NCBI GenBank assembly: GCA_963662315.1
Contig: OY759353.1
Location: forward strand, 640,001-704,000
Length of the DNA: 64,000 nucleotides
Reading direction: 5' to 3'
From: Geopsychrobacteraceae bacterium
Lineage (GTDB): Bacteria; Desulfobacterota; Desulfuromonadia; Desulfuromonadales; Geopsychrobacteraceae
Positions within the stretch are counted from its first letter, which is position 1, and each line of letters opens with the position of its first letter. The translations under genes were made by a program, and so were the position numbers. The notes under the pieces were generated by a model that saw nothing but the letters and a program-made list of their open reading frames with translations, did no database searches and had not been told where the DNA came from. Shown here piece after piece: positions 1-11,200 of this stretch.

Positions 1-1
1 A

Positions 2-1099
2 GCTTTTCTGGCTTTATCCTTGCCGTTGATCCGCTTTCGGACTCACGGTATCCGGCGTGATGCGGCTGGCCGAATCGTAACCCCTAACCAGATCATTGCG
101 AAAATTTCCCGCGAGGAGATTGCCGCGCGATTTATGGCTCCGCCACCGGAGAAATACCTGCAGCAGCTGGTCAAAGAAGGGCATCTGACTGCTGAACAGG
201 CGGTTTTGGCCCGCGAGATTCCGGTTGCTCAGGATATTACTGTTGAGGCGGATTCCGGAGGGCACACGGATAACCGTCCGGCGCTGTCTTTGTTCCCGAC
301 CATTCTGGCCCAGAAAGAACAGTTTCAGGCTCAATACCAATATACACAGGCGCTACGTGTCGGTCTGGGTGGAGGTATTGCCACTCCAGCATCTGCAGCC
401 GCAGCTTTTGCCATGGGGGCCGCTTACCTGGTCACCGGAACAGTTAATCAGGCCTGTATTGAATCTGGGACCTGTGATGAAGTGCGCCAGATGTTGGCGG
501 AAACCCGGCAGGCGGATATTACTATGGCCCCGTCAGGTGATATGTTTGAAATGGGGGTTAAGGTTCAGGTCGTCAAGCGCGGCACCATGTTTTCCATTCG
601 CGCTCATAAGCTATATGACCTGTACCGCGCCTACGACAGTATGGAGCAGCTTCCTGCCGACGAGCGTGACAAGCTGGAAAAGACTTTTTTTCGTGCCCCT
701 CTCACCACGATCTGGGAACAGACCCGTCAGTATTTCTTGACTCGTGACCCTCGCCAGGTTGCCAAGGCCGAGGCGGATCCAAAGTATAAGATGGCTTTGG
801 TATTCCGTTGGTATCTTGGGCAGTCCCCGGTATGGGCAAACCGTGGCGAAGCGAGCCGTAAAATCGACTATCAGATCTGGTGCGGACCCGCCATGGGAGC
901 TTTTAATGAATGGGTCAAGGGGTCGTTTATGGAGGCTCCTGATCAGCGACGCGTTGCTGAAACCGCTTATAATATCCTGTTTGGCGCTGCTGTTCTGCAG
1001 CGTCAGAATCAATTGAAACAACAAGGGGTTGCATGTCACTATGGTGCTGAGTTGACTGCTCCTTTGCCGATAGCAAAGATCAAGGAGTTTATCCGTTGA
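2..1099 (+). CDS. pfaD: PfaD-family enoyl reductase of PUFA synthase; 5'-truncated by the window edge
   Basis: Motifs EADSGGHTDNRP, GLGGGIATP, DMFEMGVKVQV and DYQIWCGPAMGAFN. The frame is open to the window start. Confidence 0.95.
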   Translation, partial: AFLALSLPLIRFRTHGIRRDAAGRIVTPNQIIAKISREEIAARFMAPPPEKYLQQLVKEGHLTAEQAVLAREIPVAQDITVEADSGGHTDNRPALSLFPTILAQKEQFQAQYQYTQALRVGLGGGIATPASAAAAFAMGAAYLVTGTVNQACIESGTCDEVRQMLAETRQADITMAPSGDMFEMGVKVQVVKRGTMFSIRAHKLYDLYRAYDSMEQLPADERDKLEKTFFRAPLTTIWEQTRQYFLTRDPRQVAKAEADPKYKMALVFRWYLGQSPVWANRGEASRKIDYQIWCGPAMGAFNEWVKGSFMEAPDQRRVAETAYNILFGAAVLQRQNQLKQQGVACHYGAELTAPLPIAKIKEFIR

Positions 1100-4000
1100 A
1101 TAACAATGATGTTAAGAACCCACAGGCCCAATCGGTCCCTCTGGCCATCGTCGGTATCGGTTGTATGTTTCCGGATGCGGTTGACGCCGGAACTTTCTGG
1201 ACGAATATAAAAACGGGTAAAGACAGTATTACTGAAGTTCCTGATTCTCACTGGAAGTCTGAGGACTATTACAATCAGGACCCGAAAGCTCCTGACCAGG
1301 TCTATGCAAAAATGGGCGGTTTTCTGTCGCCGGTGGCTTTTAATCCCATGGATTATGGAATTTTGCCGAATGCTATTGAAGCGATTGACACCTCTCAACT
1401 GCTCAGCCTTCTGACTGTCGAACAGGCTCTGAAAGATTCCGGATACTTAAACGAGCGCGAATTTGACCGGGACCGGGTCAGCGTCATTCTTGGAGTTACC
1501 GGTGCTCTGGAACTGGTTATCCCATTGGGCGCAAGGCTTGGTCATCCGCGCTGGAAAGAAGCGCTGGCCGATGCTGGTGTGCCCGCTGATGTCGCTGCCG
1601 ATGTATTGCAGCGCATTTCAGATTCGTACGTCCCCTGGCAGGAGAACTCATTTCCTGGTTTGCTGGGGAATGTGGTCGCCGGGCGTATCAGCAAACATTT
1701 TAATCTGGGTGGAACCAACTGTGTTGTCGATGCAGCCTGTGGCAGTTCCCTGAGCGCCCTGAACCTGGCTGCTCTGGAACTGGCAGCCGGACGGACGGAT
1801 ATGGTTATAACTGGTGGTGTTGACACCTTTAACGATATCTTTATGTATACCTGTTTCAGTAAAACCCCGGCGTTATCTCCTTCAGGGCATGCACGTCCTT
1901 ATTCCGCCGATTCTGATGGTACGACCCTTGGGGAAGGGCTTGGTGTTGTGGTATTGAAGCGCCTGGCTGATGCAGAATTGGCCGGTGACAAGATTTATGC
2001 TGTGATTAAAGGCGTCGGGGCCTCAAGTGACGGTAAAGGGTCAGCCATTTACGAACCGGATGCCAAAGGGCAGGCAAAGGCGCTGCGGCGTGCATATCAG
2101 CAAGCGGGTGTAGATCCGCGTACGGTCGGATTGATTGAAGGGCACGGCACAGGAACCCGAGTTGGTGATGCCATTGAAGTATCAGCGATTCAGGATGTCT
2201 TCGGTCCGGCTGAATCGCCCTGGTGTGCTTTGGGGTCGGTGAAATCCCAGATCGGACACACCAAGGCCGCTGCCGGATCGGCTGGTTTGATCAAAGCTGC
2301 TCTGGCTCTGTATCATAAGGTTCTGCCACCGACCATTAAAGTATCAACGCCCCACGAGAGCCTCTTGTCCGCGACCTCACCGCTCTATGTCAATACGGAG
2401 TGCCGGCCCTGGCCAGCTTCTTCTACTCACCCCCGCCGGGCGGGTGTCAGCGCTCTGGGTTTTGGCGGCAGTAATTTTCACTGCCTGCTTGAAGAGCATG
2501 TCGCACAGAAGCAGGAGGTCGACTGGGACGGCAGTGTTCAGATTCTGCCTTTCAGTGGGGCGGATGTCGCAACTATAAAAGTCGCCGTCCAGGCGTTTCC
2601 GGCTGCCGGAACCTGGCATGCAATCAGGGTTGCGGCTGATGAGTTGCGTCTGGCTTTTGACTGCCGTGCGGCAAAACGCCTGGTACTGGTCATTGACAGA
2701 TCTATGGCTGATGTTAGAGGCCAATTTGAGAATGTTGTCAAGATGCTGGAGCGCAATCAGGACCTCGATGCCTGGGACATGCCTGATGGAACCTGTTTTT
2801 CGGGGCAGCGGGCAGTAGGTAAAGTTGCTGTTCTGTTTCCTGGCCAGGGGGCCCAGTACCCGGGCATGTTAAAGGACCTGGCACTGGCTTTTCCGCAATT
2901 TTCTGAAGTTCTTAACGCGGCTGACCAGTGTTTCTGCGGTGACAATGAACAGGGTGGAAAGCTGGCCCAACTGCTTTATCCGCGACCTCAATTTCATGAC
3001 AATGCTGCACAGGACGCGGTGGCCGACCTGCAGAAAACTGAGAATGCTCAACCAGCATTAGGTACTGTCAGCCTCGGTGCTTTACGGGTCCTTAAGGCTT
3101 TAGGTTTTCAGGCAGAGTTTTTCGCCGGACATAGTTATGGTGAATTGACCGCATTGTGTGCGGCTGGTGTTATCAGTGCCACAGACCTGTTTAAGCTGTC
3201 CAGATTGCGTGGTGAGTTGATGGCTGCCGGAGATGGTGACCGTGGCAGTATGCTGGCGGTTTCCGCGCCTTTGGCCGATATTGAAGCGCTGATCAAAGGT
3301 GAAGGGCTCAACCTCGTACTGGCTAATCGCAATACTCCGGTGCAGGGGGTTCTCTCCGGGGCAACTGCTGAAATCAAAAAGGCCGCTGAACTGTTAAAAG
3401 GACGGGGGATCACCTGTAAGGAATTGACGGTTTCTGCTGCCTTCCATAGTTCCCTGGTTGCTGATGCGGCCGCACCTTTTGCTGCTGCTTTAAAACAAAC
3501 CGATTTTGCTGCTGCTCAGGCTACCGTCTTCTCCAATACCAGTGGAGAAGCCTATCCTAAAGCTCCGGCCGACATGGTTGAGCTGTTGGCACAACAGCTG
3601 CCAAGCCCCGTCGACTTCGTTAAAGAAGTGCATAATATGTACGCTGCAGGGACCCGTTATTTTGTCGAAATCGGTCCAGGTGCGCGTCTGTCCGGTATGA
3701 TCAAGTCGATTTTGGATGGTGAAGTATTTGAGGCAATTGCTCTTGATTCATCTAATGGTCGTCGCTCTGCAATGCATGATCTGGCCCGGGTGGTGGCTAA
3801 GCTGTCGGCACTGGGGATCACGCTTGATCTTGGCGCCTGGGATAGCGGTTATGCCGCACGTCATGTTAGCGATACAAAGAAAAAGCCGGGTATAGTGGTT
3901 GAGCTTTGTGGCGCTAACTATTTTAAAAAGCCGGCCAAACGACCGGCGCGGACGCAACAGCTTACGGTCACCCCTGCGGTGCAGCAGCACGGTAAGCCCG

Positions 4001-7000
4001 TTGAGAGTGCGACTCCTATTGCTCCAGTGCAACGAACTTCGGTTGCTCCGACTGCCCCGGTGACTGATGGGGTGGCGAATAAGGCGTCTTTACATGAAGC
4101 GTTGCGCATGACGACCCAAAGCATGCAGGCGCTGCAGAGCCTGCAGGATCAGACGGCCAAGCTGCACCAGCAGTTTCTTGCCGGACAACAGTCTGCGACA
4201 CAGAGTTTTATGCAGCTGATTCAGCAACAGCAGGCTTTACTGCAGGGTGACGCTTCTTCCGGGAATGCTTTCCAATCAGTCCAGGTTCCGATACCAGCTG
4301 TTGCTGATTCTGCAGTAGATCAAAGTCAGAGTGTAGCGTTTCAAGTTCCTGCCCCTGTGAAGTCTCAGCCTGAATCCGTTCCGGTTGCTCCTGCTTCCTC
4401 ACGGCCGGTAACCGCTCCATCTGTTTCTGTTGCCCCGAAACTGCTTGCCATCATCGCCGAGAAGACCGGTTATCCGGAAGAGATGCTGGATCTGGATATG
4501 GCGCTTGACAGCGACCTGGGGATTGATTCGATCAAACGGGTTGAAATTCTCTCTGCCCTGCAGGAAAAATTACCTCAGGCTCCCGTAATTAAACCGGAAG
4601 ACCTGGGGCGTCTGCAGACCCTCGGACAAATCGTTGCCCATATTGAACGGGAACTGCCTGGTGATTCCGCTCAGCAATATGAGCCGGTTCAAGTCAATGC
4701 TGGAGGCGACCGTGCAGCAATAAGCGCAACTCTGCTTGGTGTTATCGCTGAGAAAACCGGTTATCCGGAGGAGATGCTCGAACTGGATATGGCGCTTGAC
4801 AGCGATCTGGGGATCGATTCCATCAAGCGTGTTGAAATACTGTCGGCGCTGCAGGAGCGGATGCCCGAACTCCCTGCGGTTAAACCGGAAGATTTGGGCG
4901 TGTTGCAGACCCTTGGTCAAATCGTCGACCATCTATGCGCCACTGCGCCTGTTACCGTTAGCAGTGCTCCTGCAGCTAACAATGGCGGTGTTGATCGCAG
5001 CGCAGTAACTGCGACTTTGCTTGGTGTTATCGCCGAGAAAACCGGTTATCCGGTGGAGATGCTGGAACTGGGCATGGCGCTTGACAGCGATCTGGGGATC
5101 GATTCGATCAAGCGCGTAGAAATACTGTCGGCACTGCAGGAACAGATGCCCGAACTTCCTGCGGTTAAACCGGAAGACCTTGGTGTGCTGCAAACTCTGG
5201 GGCAGATTGTCGATCATCTGTGTGCCGGCGTTTTTGCTGTCATTAAAACGGCAGGCGCTGTGGTTTATGCTTCTAGCGCTGCAGTTAGCCAAAATACCGT
5301 AACAACAACACTGCTCAACGTCATTGCGGATAAAACCGGCTATCCGGTGGAGATGCTGGAACTTGGCATGGCCCTTGACAGTGATCTGGGCATCGATTCG
5401 ATCAAGAGGGTTGAGATCCTCTCTGCACTGCAGGAGCAGCTACCCGAACTGCCGACGGTAAAGCCGGAAGATTTAGGTGTTCTACAGACTCTCGGTCAGA
5501 TTGTCGATCATTTATGTGCCGGTAAAAAAGAGGTTGCCGCAGCCCCGGTTGTCCCACAAATGGGGCAGGTCGCTCGTGATCAGGTCGCTCAAACCTTGTT
5601 GAATGTCATCGCCGATAAAACGGGTTATCCGGTGGAGATGCTGGAGCTGAGCATGGCTCTCGACAGTGATCTGGGGATTGATTCAATTAAGCGGGTCGAA
5701 ATCCTTTCTGCACTGCAGGAGCAGCTTCCTGGGGTTCCAGCGATTAAACCGGAACATCTTGGCACTTTGCAGACCGTTGTCCAGATTGTCGATTTCCTGT
5801 CCAGCGTTTCAGGAAATGAAACTTCCCCCGAGCATGAAAAAGCGCATGCTTCTGCTACCGGGAAGGGGATCAAGCGTCAGTATCTGTCAGCTGTGACTTT
5901 ACCCAAGAGGCGGGACAAAAAAGATTTTCAATTTGCCCCCGGGTCACAGATCTGGATTACCGATGATGGCTCCGCTCTTAGTGATGCTGTCTGCCAGCAA
6001 CTCACCAGACATCAGTTGATTCCACGTAAGGTTGACGTCTCTCAGCTTGAAGAGCTTGAAGTTCCTGACTATCTGTCCGGACTGGTATTACTGGCTCCCT
6101 TGAAAGGGACGAACGACAGCTTTTTGAAGAATTCCTTTCGACTGCTGCAGAAGGTATTGCCTGCTTTGGATGCAGCAGCTGGGCAGGGGGGCGCCATTCT
6201 GTCCACCGTCTCGCGTATAAATGGCTCCTTCGGTGTCGAACAAAAACGTCAGATTGGTGATCCGCTATCCGGTGGCTTGGCTGGCTTATGTAAAACGGCT
6301 GCGCTGGAATGGCCGGCCCTGCATTCCAAGGCTCTTGATATTGCTGTCGGTATGGAAATTCAGCCAACCGCCGAAACCCTGGTTCAGGAGATGTTATCTG
6401 GCGGTCCCCTTGAGGTCGGGGTGACCACGCAGGGTTTGACCTCCCTTGAGCTGGTCAGCGAGGCTCTGCCCCGTGTGGAAAACGACCTGCCACTCGGCAG
6501 TGATGATCTGATCCTTGTCAGTGGCGGAGCGCGTGGTGTAACAGCTGAAGTCGCTGTTGCGCTGGCCCGGGCCACCCAGGCTACGCTGTTATTGCTTGGC
6601 AGGAGTCCGTTGCCCGGTGAGGAGCCTGCCTGGCTCGCCTCGCTGAAGGATGAAGCAGCCATTAAAAAAGCGATTATTGACAATGCTGCTCAACCGCTTA
6701 AGCCAAAGGACGTTGCCTCTGCTTATCAGCGTATCTGTGCTGAACGGGAAATTCGCAGTAATCTTGATCGTATTTTACGTGCCGGCGGAACGCCCGTTTA
6801 CCGTTCCGTTGATTTGCGTGATAACGACGCCTGCAAGGCGGTCATCAATGAAGTCTGCAGGCAGTATGGACCAGTACGCGGGCTTGTGCACGGGGCCGGG
6901 GTGCTTGCCGATAAACTGATCCTGGAAAAAACCAGCGAGCAATTTGATTACGTATATGACACAAAAATTGTTGGTTTGCGGCACCTGTTTGAAAATATCG

Positions 7001-8232
7001 AACCTCAAGAACTGAAATTCATGGCGCTGTTTTCCTCTTCAACAGGGCGCTTTGGGCGTATTGGTCAGATCGATTATGCCATGGCCAATGAAGTTCTTAA
7101 TAAATTTGCAGTCCAGCAGGCTGAAGAGCTGAAGGACTGCCGTATTGTGTCCTTGAACTGGGGCCCCTGGGACGGCGGGATGGTTACGCCTGAACTGAAA
7201 AAGGTCTTTGCCCGCGAAGGGATTGATGTTATCGACCTTGAAGCTGGTGCAGAATACCTGGTTCGTGAACTGGCAACATTGAACGGTCCTGTCGAACTGG
7301 TGATCAGTGGCTGCGATGACAGTGAACTCACTACTGCTGAAACTGTTGAAACGCAGGCCAATCTTTATGTTTCAAAGGCTTTTGATCTGGATCTGTGCAT
7401 TGATCAGTTTCCGTTTCTGAAGTCCCATGTTATTGATGGCAAAGCAGTTTTGCCCATGGCCATAATCGTTGAATGGCTGGCTCATGGAGCGATTCACAAC
7501 AATCCGGGGTTGCGTTTTCAGGGCTTTAATGACCTGCGTGTTCTTAAAGGCGTCATTCTGGACGCAGACAGCAACTACACTCTACAGGTTATGACCGGTA
7601 AGGCGATCAAGAGCGATGGCGTTCATATTGTCCCGGTCGAAATTTCCGGAATTATTGGCGACGGACGCACGGTTCCTCATGCCCGGGCCCGTATCCTGCT
7701 TGCTCAAGCATTGCCTGCTCAGCAACGTCCCATGGAGAAAATGGACCTGACCGCCTACCGGCATCCTTCTGAAACGATTTATCAGCTTGACCAACTGTTC
7801 CACGGACGTGATTTCCAGGGGATTAAGCAGGTTCATGGTTGTTCGGCCCAGGGCATCAGTATTATTGCCGCAGCTGCCCCTCGCCCGGCAGAGTGGATTG
7901 CTCAGCCGTTGCGCAGCAGCTGGTTTGCCGATCCTTTGATTCTGGATAGCAGTTTTCAGTCTCTGATTCTATGGAGTTTTGATCAGTACCAGGCGGGATC
8001 TCTACCTGTATTTGCGGATCGTTATCGGCAATATCGTGATCAGTTCCCCCAGCATGGCGTCGAAATCCGGATCAAGGTTACTGAGCAGTCGAGTCACCGG
8101 GCCCATGCCCGTATTGACTTTGTTGATTCTCAGGACGGGTCCCTGGTCGCACGGATGGATAATTATGAGTGTGTCATCGATCCATCTTTGAACAAGACGT
8201 TTCAGCGCAATAAATTGACTGGAGTTGCCTGA
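1096..8232 (+). CDS. pfaA: PfaA-type iterative PKS (KS-MAT-5xACP-KR-DH)
   Basis: KS motifs DAACGSS and HGTGT, MAT motif GHSYG, five LGIDSIKRVEI ACP motifs, KR motif GGARGV, DH motif HVIDGKAVLP. The TTG start overlaps the pfaD stop. Confidence 0.95.
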   Translation: MNNNDVKNPQAQSVPLAIVGIGCMFPDAVDAGTFWTNIKTGKDSITEVPDSHWKSEDYYNQDPKAPDQVYAKMGGFLSPVAFNPMDYGILPNAIEAIDTSQLLSLLTVEQALKDSGYLNEREFDRDRVSVILGVTGALELVIPLGARLGHPRWKEALADAGVPADVAADVLQRISDSYVPWQENSFPGLLGNVVAGRISKHFNLGGTNCVVDAACGSSLSALNLAALELAAGRTDMVITGGVDTFNDIFMYTCFSKTPALSPSGHARPYSADSDGTTLGEGLGVVVLKRLADAELAGDKIYAVIKGVGASSDGKGSAIYEPDAKGQAKALRRAYQQAGVDPRTVGLIEGHGTGTRVGDAIEVSAIQDVFGPAESPWCALGSVKSQIGHTKAAAGSAGLIKAALALYHKVLPPTIKVSTPHESLLSATSPLYVNTECRPWPASSTHPRRAGVSALGFGGSNFHCLLEEHVAQKQEVDWDGSVQILPFSGADVATIKVAVQAFPAAGTWHAIRVAADELRLAFDCRAAKRLVLVIDRSMADVRGQFENVVKMLERNQDLDAWDMPDGTCFSGQRAVGKVAVLFPGQGAQYPGMLKDLALAFPQFSEVLNAADQCFCGDNEQGGKLAQLLYPRPQFHDNAAQDAVADLQKTENAQPALGTVSLGALRVLKALGFQAEFFAGHSYGELTALCAAGVISATDLFKLSRLRGELMAAGDGDRGSMLAVSAPLADIEALIKGEGLNLVLANRNTPVQGVLSGATAEIKKAAELLKGRGITCKELTVSAAFHSSLVADAAAPFAAALKQTDFAAAQATVFSNTSGEAYPKAPADMVELLAQQLPSPVDFVKEVHNMYAAGTRYFVEIGPGARLSGMIKSILDGEVFEAIALDSSNGRRSAMHDLARVVAKLSALGITLDLGAWDSGYAARHVSDTKKKPGIVVELCGANYFKKPAKRPARTQQLTVTPAVQQHGKPVESATPIAPVQRTSVAPTAPVTDGVANKASLHEALRMTTQSMQALQSLQDQTAKLHQQFLAGQQSATQSFMQLIQQQQALLQGDASSGNAFQSVQVPIPAVADSAVDQSQSVAFQVPAPVKSQPESVPVAPASSRPVTAPSVSVAPKLLAIIAEKTGYPEEMLDLDMALDSDLGIDSIKRVEILSALQEKLPQAPVIKPEDLGRLQTLGQIVAHIERELPGDSAQQYEPVQVNAGGDRAAISATLLGVIAEKTGYPEEMLELDMALDSDLGIDSIKRVEILSALQERMPELPAVKPEDLGVLQTLGQIVDHLCATAPVTVSSAPAANNGGVDRSAVTATLLGVIAEKTGYPVEMLELGMALDSDLGIDSIKRVEILSALQEQMPELPAVKPEDLGVLQTLGQIVDHLCAGVFAVIKTAGAVVYASSAAVSQNTVTTTLLNVIADKTGYPVEMLELGMALDSDLGIDSIKRVEILSALQEQLPELPTVKPEDLGVLQTLGQIVDHLCAGKKEVAAAPVVPQMGQVARDQVAQTLLNVIADKTGYPVEMLELSMALDSDLGIDSIKRVEILSALQEQLPGVPAIKPEHLGTLQTVVQIVDFLSSVSGNETSPEHEKAHASATGKGIKRQYLSAVTLPKRRDKKDFQFAPGSQIWITDDGSALSDAVCQQLTRHQLIPRKVDVSQLEELEVPDYLSGLVLLAPLKGTNDSFLKNSFRLLQKVLPALDAAAGQGGAILSTVSRINGSFGVEQKRQIGDPLSGGLAGLCKTAALEWPALHSKALDIAVGMEIQPTAETLVQEMLSGGPLEVGVTTQGLTSLELVSEALPRVENDLPLGSDDLILVSGGARGVTAEVAVALARATQATLLLLGRSPLPGEEPAWLASLKDEAAIKKAIIDNAAQPLKPKDVASAYQRICAEREIRSNLDRILRAGGTPVYRSVDLRDNDACKAVINEVCRQYGPVRGLVHGAGVLADKLILEKTSEQFDYVYDTKIVGLRHLFENIEPQELKFMALFSSSTGRFGRIGQIDYAMANEVLNKFAVQQAEELKDCRIVSLNWGPWDGGMVTPELKKVFAREGIDVIDLEAGAEYLVRELATLNGPVELVISGCDDSELTTAETVETQANLYVSKAFDLDLCIDQFPFLKSHVIDGKAVLPMAIIVEWLAHGAIHNNPGLRFQGFNDLRVLKGVILDADSNYTLQVMTGKAIKSDGVHIVPVEISGIIGDGRTVPHARARILLAQALPAQQRPMEKMDLTAYRHPSETIYQLDQLFHGRDFQGIKQVHGCSAQGISIIAAAAPRPAEWIAQPLRSSWFADPLILDSSFQSLILWSFDQYQAGSLPVFADRYRQYRDQFPQHGVEIRIKVTEQSSHRAHARIDFVDSQDGSLVARMDNYECVIDPSLNKTFQRNKLTGVA
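4441..5800 (+). repeat. Five tandem ACP-domain repeats within pfaA
   Basis: Five copies of (E/D)KTGYP(E/V)EML(D/E)LxMALDSDLGIDSIKRVEILSALQE with similar DNA, separated by Ala/Pro/Val-rich linkers. Confidence 0.95.
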
Positions 8233-8234
8233 TA

Positions 8235-11200
8235 ATGACTTCGGCACAGTCTGTAGCAATTGTTGGTATCGGGGGGGAATTTCCCAACTCCCCCGATCTG
8301 AAAACCTACTGGAATAATATTGTTCACAATGTCAATACCGCTCAAGAGCCACCTGCCGGCAGGTGGCTTCTTGATGTTGACGCTGTTTATGATTCGCAAC
8401 CGGGAAAGGCCGATAAGGTTTATTCCCGCAAAGCCTGCTTTTTACCCGAAGAAGGTGATGACTCGAGCATTCCGGGGCTGGACCTTGATCCTGACTTTGT
8501 GCGTGGTCTGGACCCGATGTTCCGACTGCTGTTGCGCGTTGGGCAGCAGACTTTGGCTGATGTCCGGGGTAAAGCGCTCAAACGGGATCGGGCGGGGATT
8601 ATCATCGGCAATCTTGCCTTGCCCAGTGAAAAATCTTCTGCTTTGGCCCGGTGTTTTCTCGGCCAGACGTTTGTTGAACAGTTGGGTTCCAAACCCCTGA
8701 GTGTCCCGGAACCCGATGTCGCGCCTATAAATCGCTATGTTGCGGGCCTGCCTGCGGCGGTATTGGCTAAAGCCATCGGCTTTGAACGCACTTGCTTTAC
8801 GGTTGATGCCGCCTGCGCGTCCTCTCTTTATGCCGTTAAACTGGCCATTGATGAACTGATCTGCGGCAGGGCGGATGCGATGCTGGCAGGTGGTTTATCC
8901 CGGCCTGATTCGCTCTATACCCAAATGGGTTTTTCCCAGTTGCATGCGGTCTCACCAACCGGCACTTGTTCCCCTTTCGATAAAAATGGCAATGGCCTGG
9001 TTGTCGGTGAAGGGTGCGGATTGATTCTTCTGAAGCGGACCGAAGATGCTGTCCGCGATGGCGATCATATTTATGGTATTATTCGTGCCGTTGGTCTGTC
9101 TAATGATATTGGCGGAAACCTGCTTGCCCCGGCTTCTGAAGGACAACAACGGGCCATGCGTGCTGCTTATAGGCAAGCAGGCTGGACGCCGGATGATGTC
9201 GATCTGATTGAATGTCATGCGACGGGGACACCGGTCGGTGACAAAGTGGAATTTGAAAGCCTGCAGGAAGTCTGGAAACAACAGGATTGGCGCTATGGAC
9301 AATGTGTCCTTGGTTCTGTTAAGGCCAACATCGGACATTTGCTTACTGCTGCTGGATCTGCAGCCTTGTTGAAAACGGTTTTGTCGTTTCACCATGAAAT
9401 CCTGCCGCCTACCGTGAATCATTCTCAGGCCGGGTCCGGAATTCATCTGGATGCCAGTCCGTTTCGTATTCTCAGCCGGCCGGAACCCTGGCCGCGCCGG
9501 GATGCGCTCACCCCGCGCCGCGCGGCTGTCAGCGCTTTTGGCTTTGGCGGGATCAATGCTCATCTTTTACTTGAAGAATATATCCCTAATAGCCTGAAAA
9601 AGAATCCTGTTCGCTTGCATCCCTCCGTCACGGGAAGACAACAGCCTGTGGCCATTGTCGGCATTGCCGCGTCCGCCGGTCCATGGCAAAACACAATGGA
9701 TATAAAACGTCAGCTGTTTGGTTCTCCCCATGATAGCAAGCCGGAGAACCTTAATGATTGGTGGGGAACCGAGGATAGCCGCTGGTTTGGACAACTGAAT
9801 AATTCAGGTTCGTCACCACAGGGATATCCCATTGACACGGTTACGGTTGCTCCCGGTGAATTCAGGATTCCACCTCTCGAGTTAAAGGAGATGTTGCCGC
9901 GCCAGTTGCTGATGTTGAAAGTAGCCGCACAGGCGCTCAAAGATGCTCACCTCGACAAGGCTGATCTGCTCTTTTCAGGGGTTTATATCGGTTGTGGGCT
10001 CGATTTAAATGCAACCAATTTCAGTTTTCGCTGGGGGATCGAAAAGTACGCGCCACTGTGGGCACAGGAACTTGGATTCAACCTAGATGCTGAACAGCTT
10101 AAACAGTGGGTTGCTCAGCTCAGAGAGAGTGCCGGACCGGCCCTGACGGCTAACCGAACCATGGGGGCTCTGGGGAGTACTGTGGCGAGTCGCATTGCCA
10201 AAGAATTTAAAGTCGGCGGACCCAGCTTTACACTGTCCTGCGAAGAAACGTCAGGCGTGAAAGCGCTCGAGGTTGGTGTGCATGCTCTGCAGGATGGCAG
10301 CATCAATCATGCTATTGTCGGTGCGGTAGATTTTGGCAGCGATCTTCGGTCCGTTATCCCCAGTCGCTTTACCCGTGAAGAGCCTAATCTCGCGGTTCCG
10401 ACCGATGGTGCTGTTGCTTTGGTCCTTAAACGTCTCGAAGACGCCGTTCAGGACAAGGACCGTGTTTACGCTGTTATTGGTGGAACCGATTCCTCTATCT
10501 GCGCAGGAGATTCTGAGTGTTTCAGGAAACAGGCGACCAAGTGTTTTGACTCCTTTAAGCGCTCAAGTGGTGTTAATGTCACTGGCCATTCAGCAATAAT
10601 CCGTTCCAGAAGGGCGTCCGATCTGGTCGTTACTGACATGGCCTCGCTGCTGTCTGAAGAGCCAACTGGGTCGGCTTCGATTAAGCAGACGACCGATTAT
10701 TTTGTCGGCGATTCTGGTGCTGTTGCTGGACTGCTTGCTGTTGTACAGGGAGCTTTTGCCCTATATCATAAAATTGTTCCTGGTTCTGCTTTGGACCGGA
10801 GAGGATTGTCTCCCCAATACTGGTTAACCAACAAATGTGAAGGTGACCGTCATCTGCTCGTTTATGACTGCGGTCCCGATGGCAGTGCCGCCCTGGTTCT
10901 TCTGCAGGAAAGTAAAGCCTGGGAACACCATGACTCCTTGCCGCCTGATATGTTTGTTCCGCACGCTGAGGGACTTTTTGTTCTGGAGGGTCAAAATGCT
11001 GCCGAGCTTATTGAGCGTTGTGATGCTTTACTTGACTTCAGCGGCTCAGGGGCAGACTTGCCCATTTCCGCATTAGCCTCCCGGTGGTACCAAAGGGTCA
11101 AGCGTCCCGTCCAGGCAAAACTTCATGTGTGTCTTGTTGCTGCCACGCATTCTGAATTGCATGAGCTGTTGGCTTTTACCAGAAAGTCCCTGGTCGAACA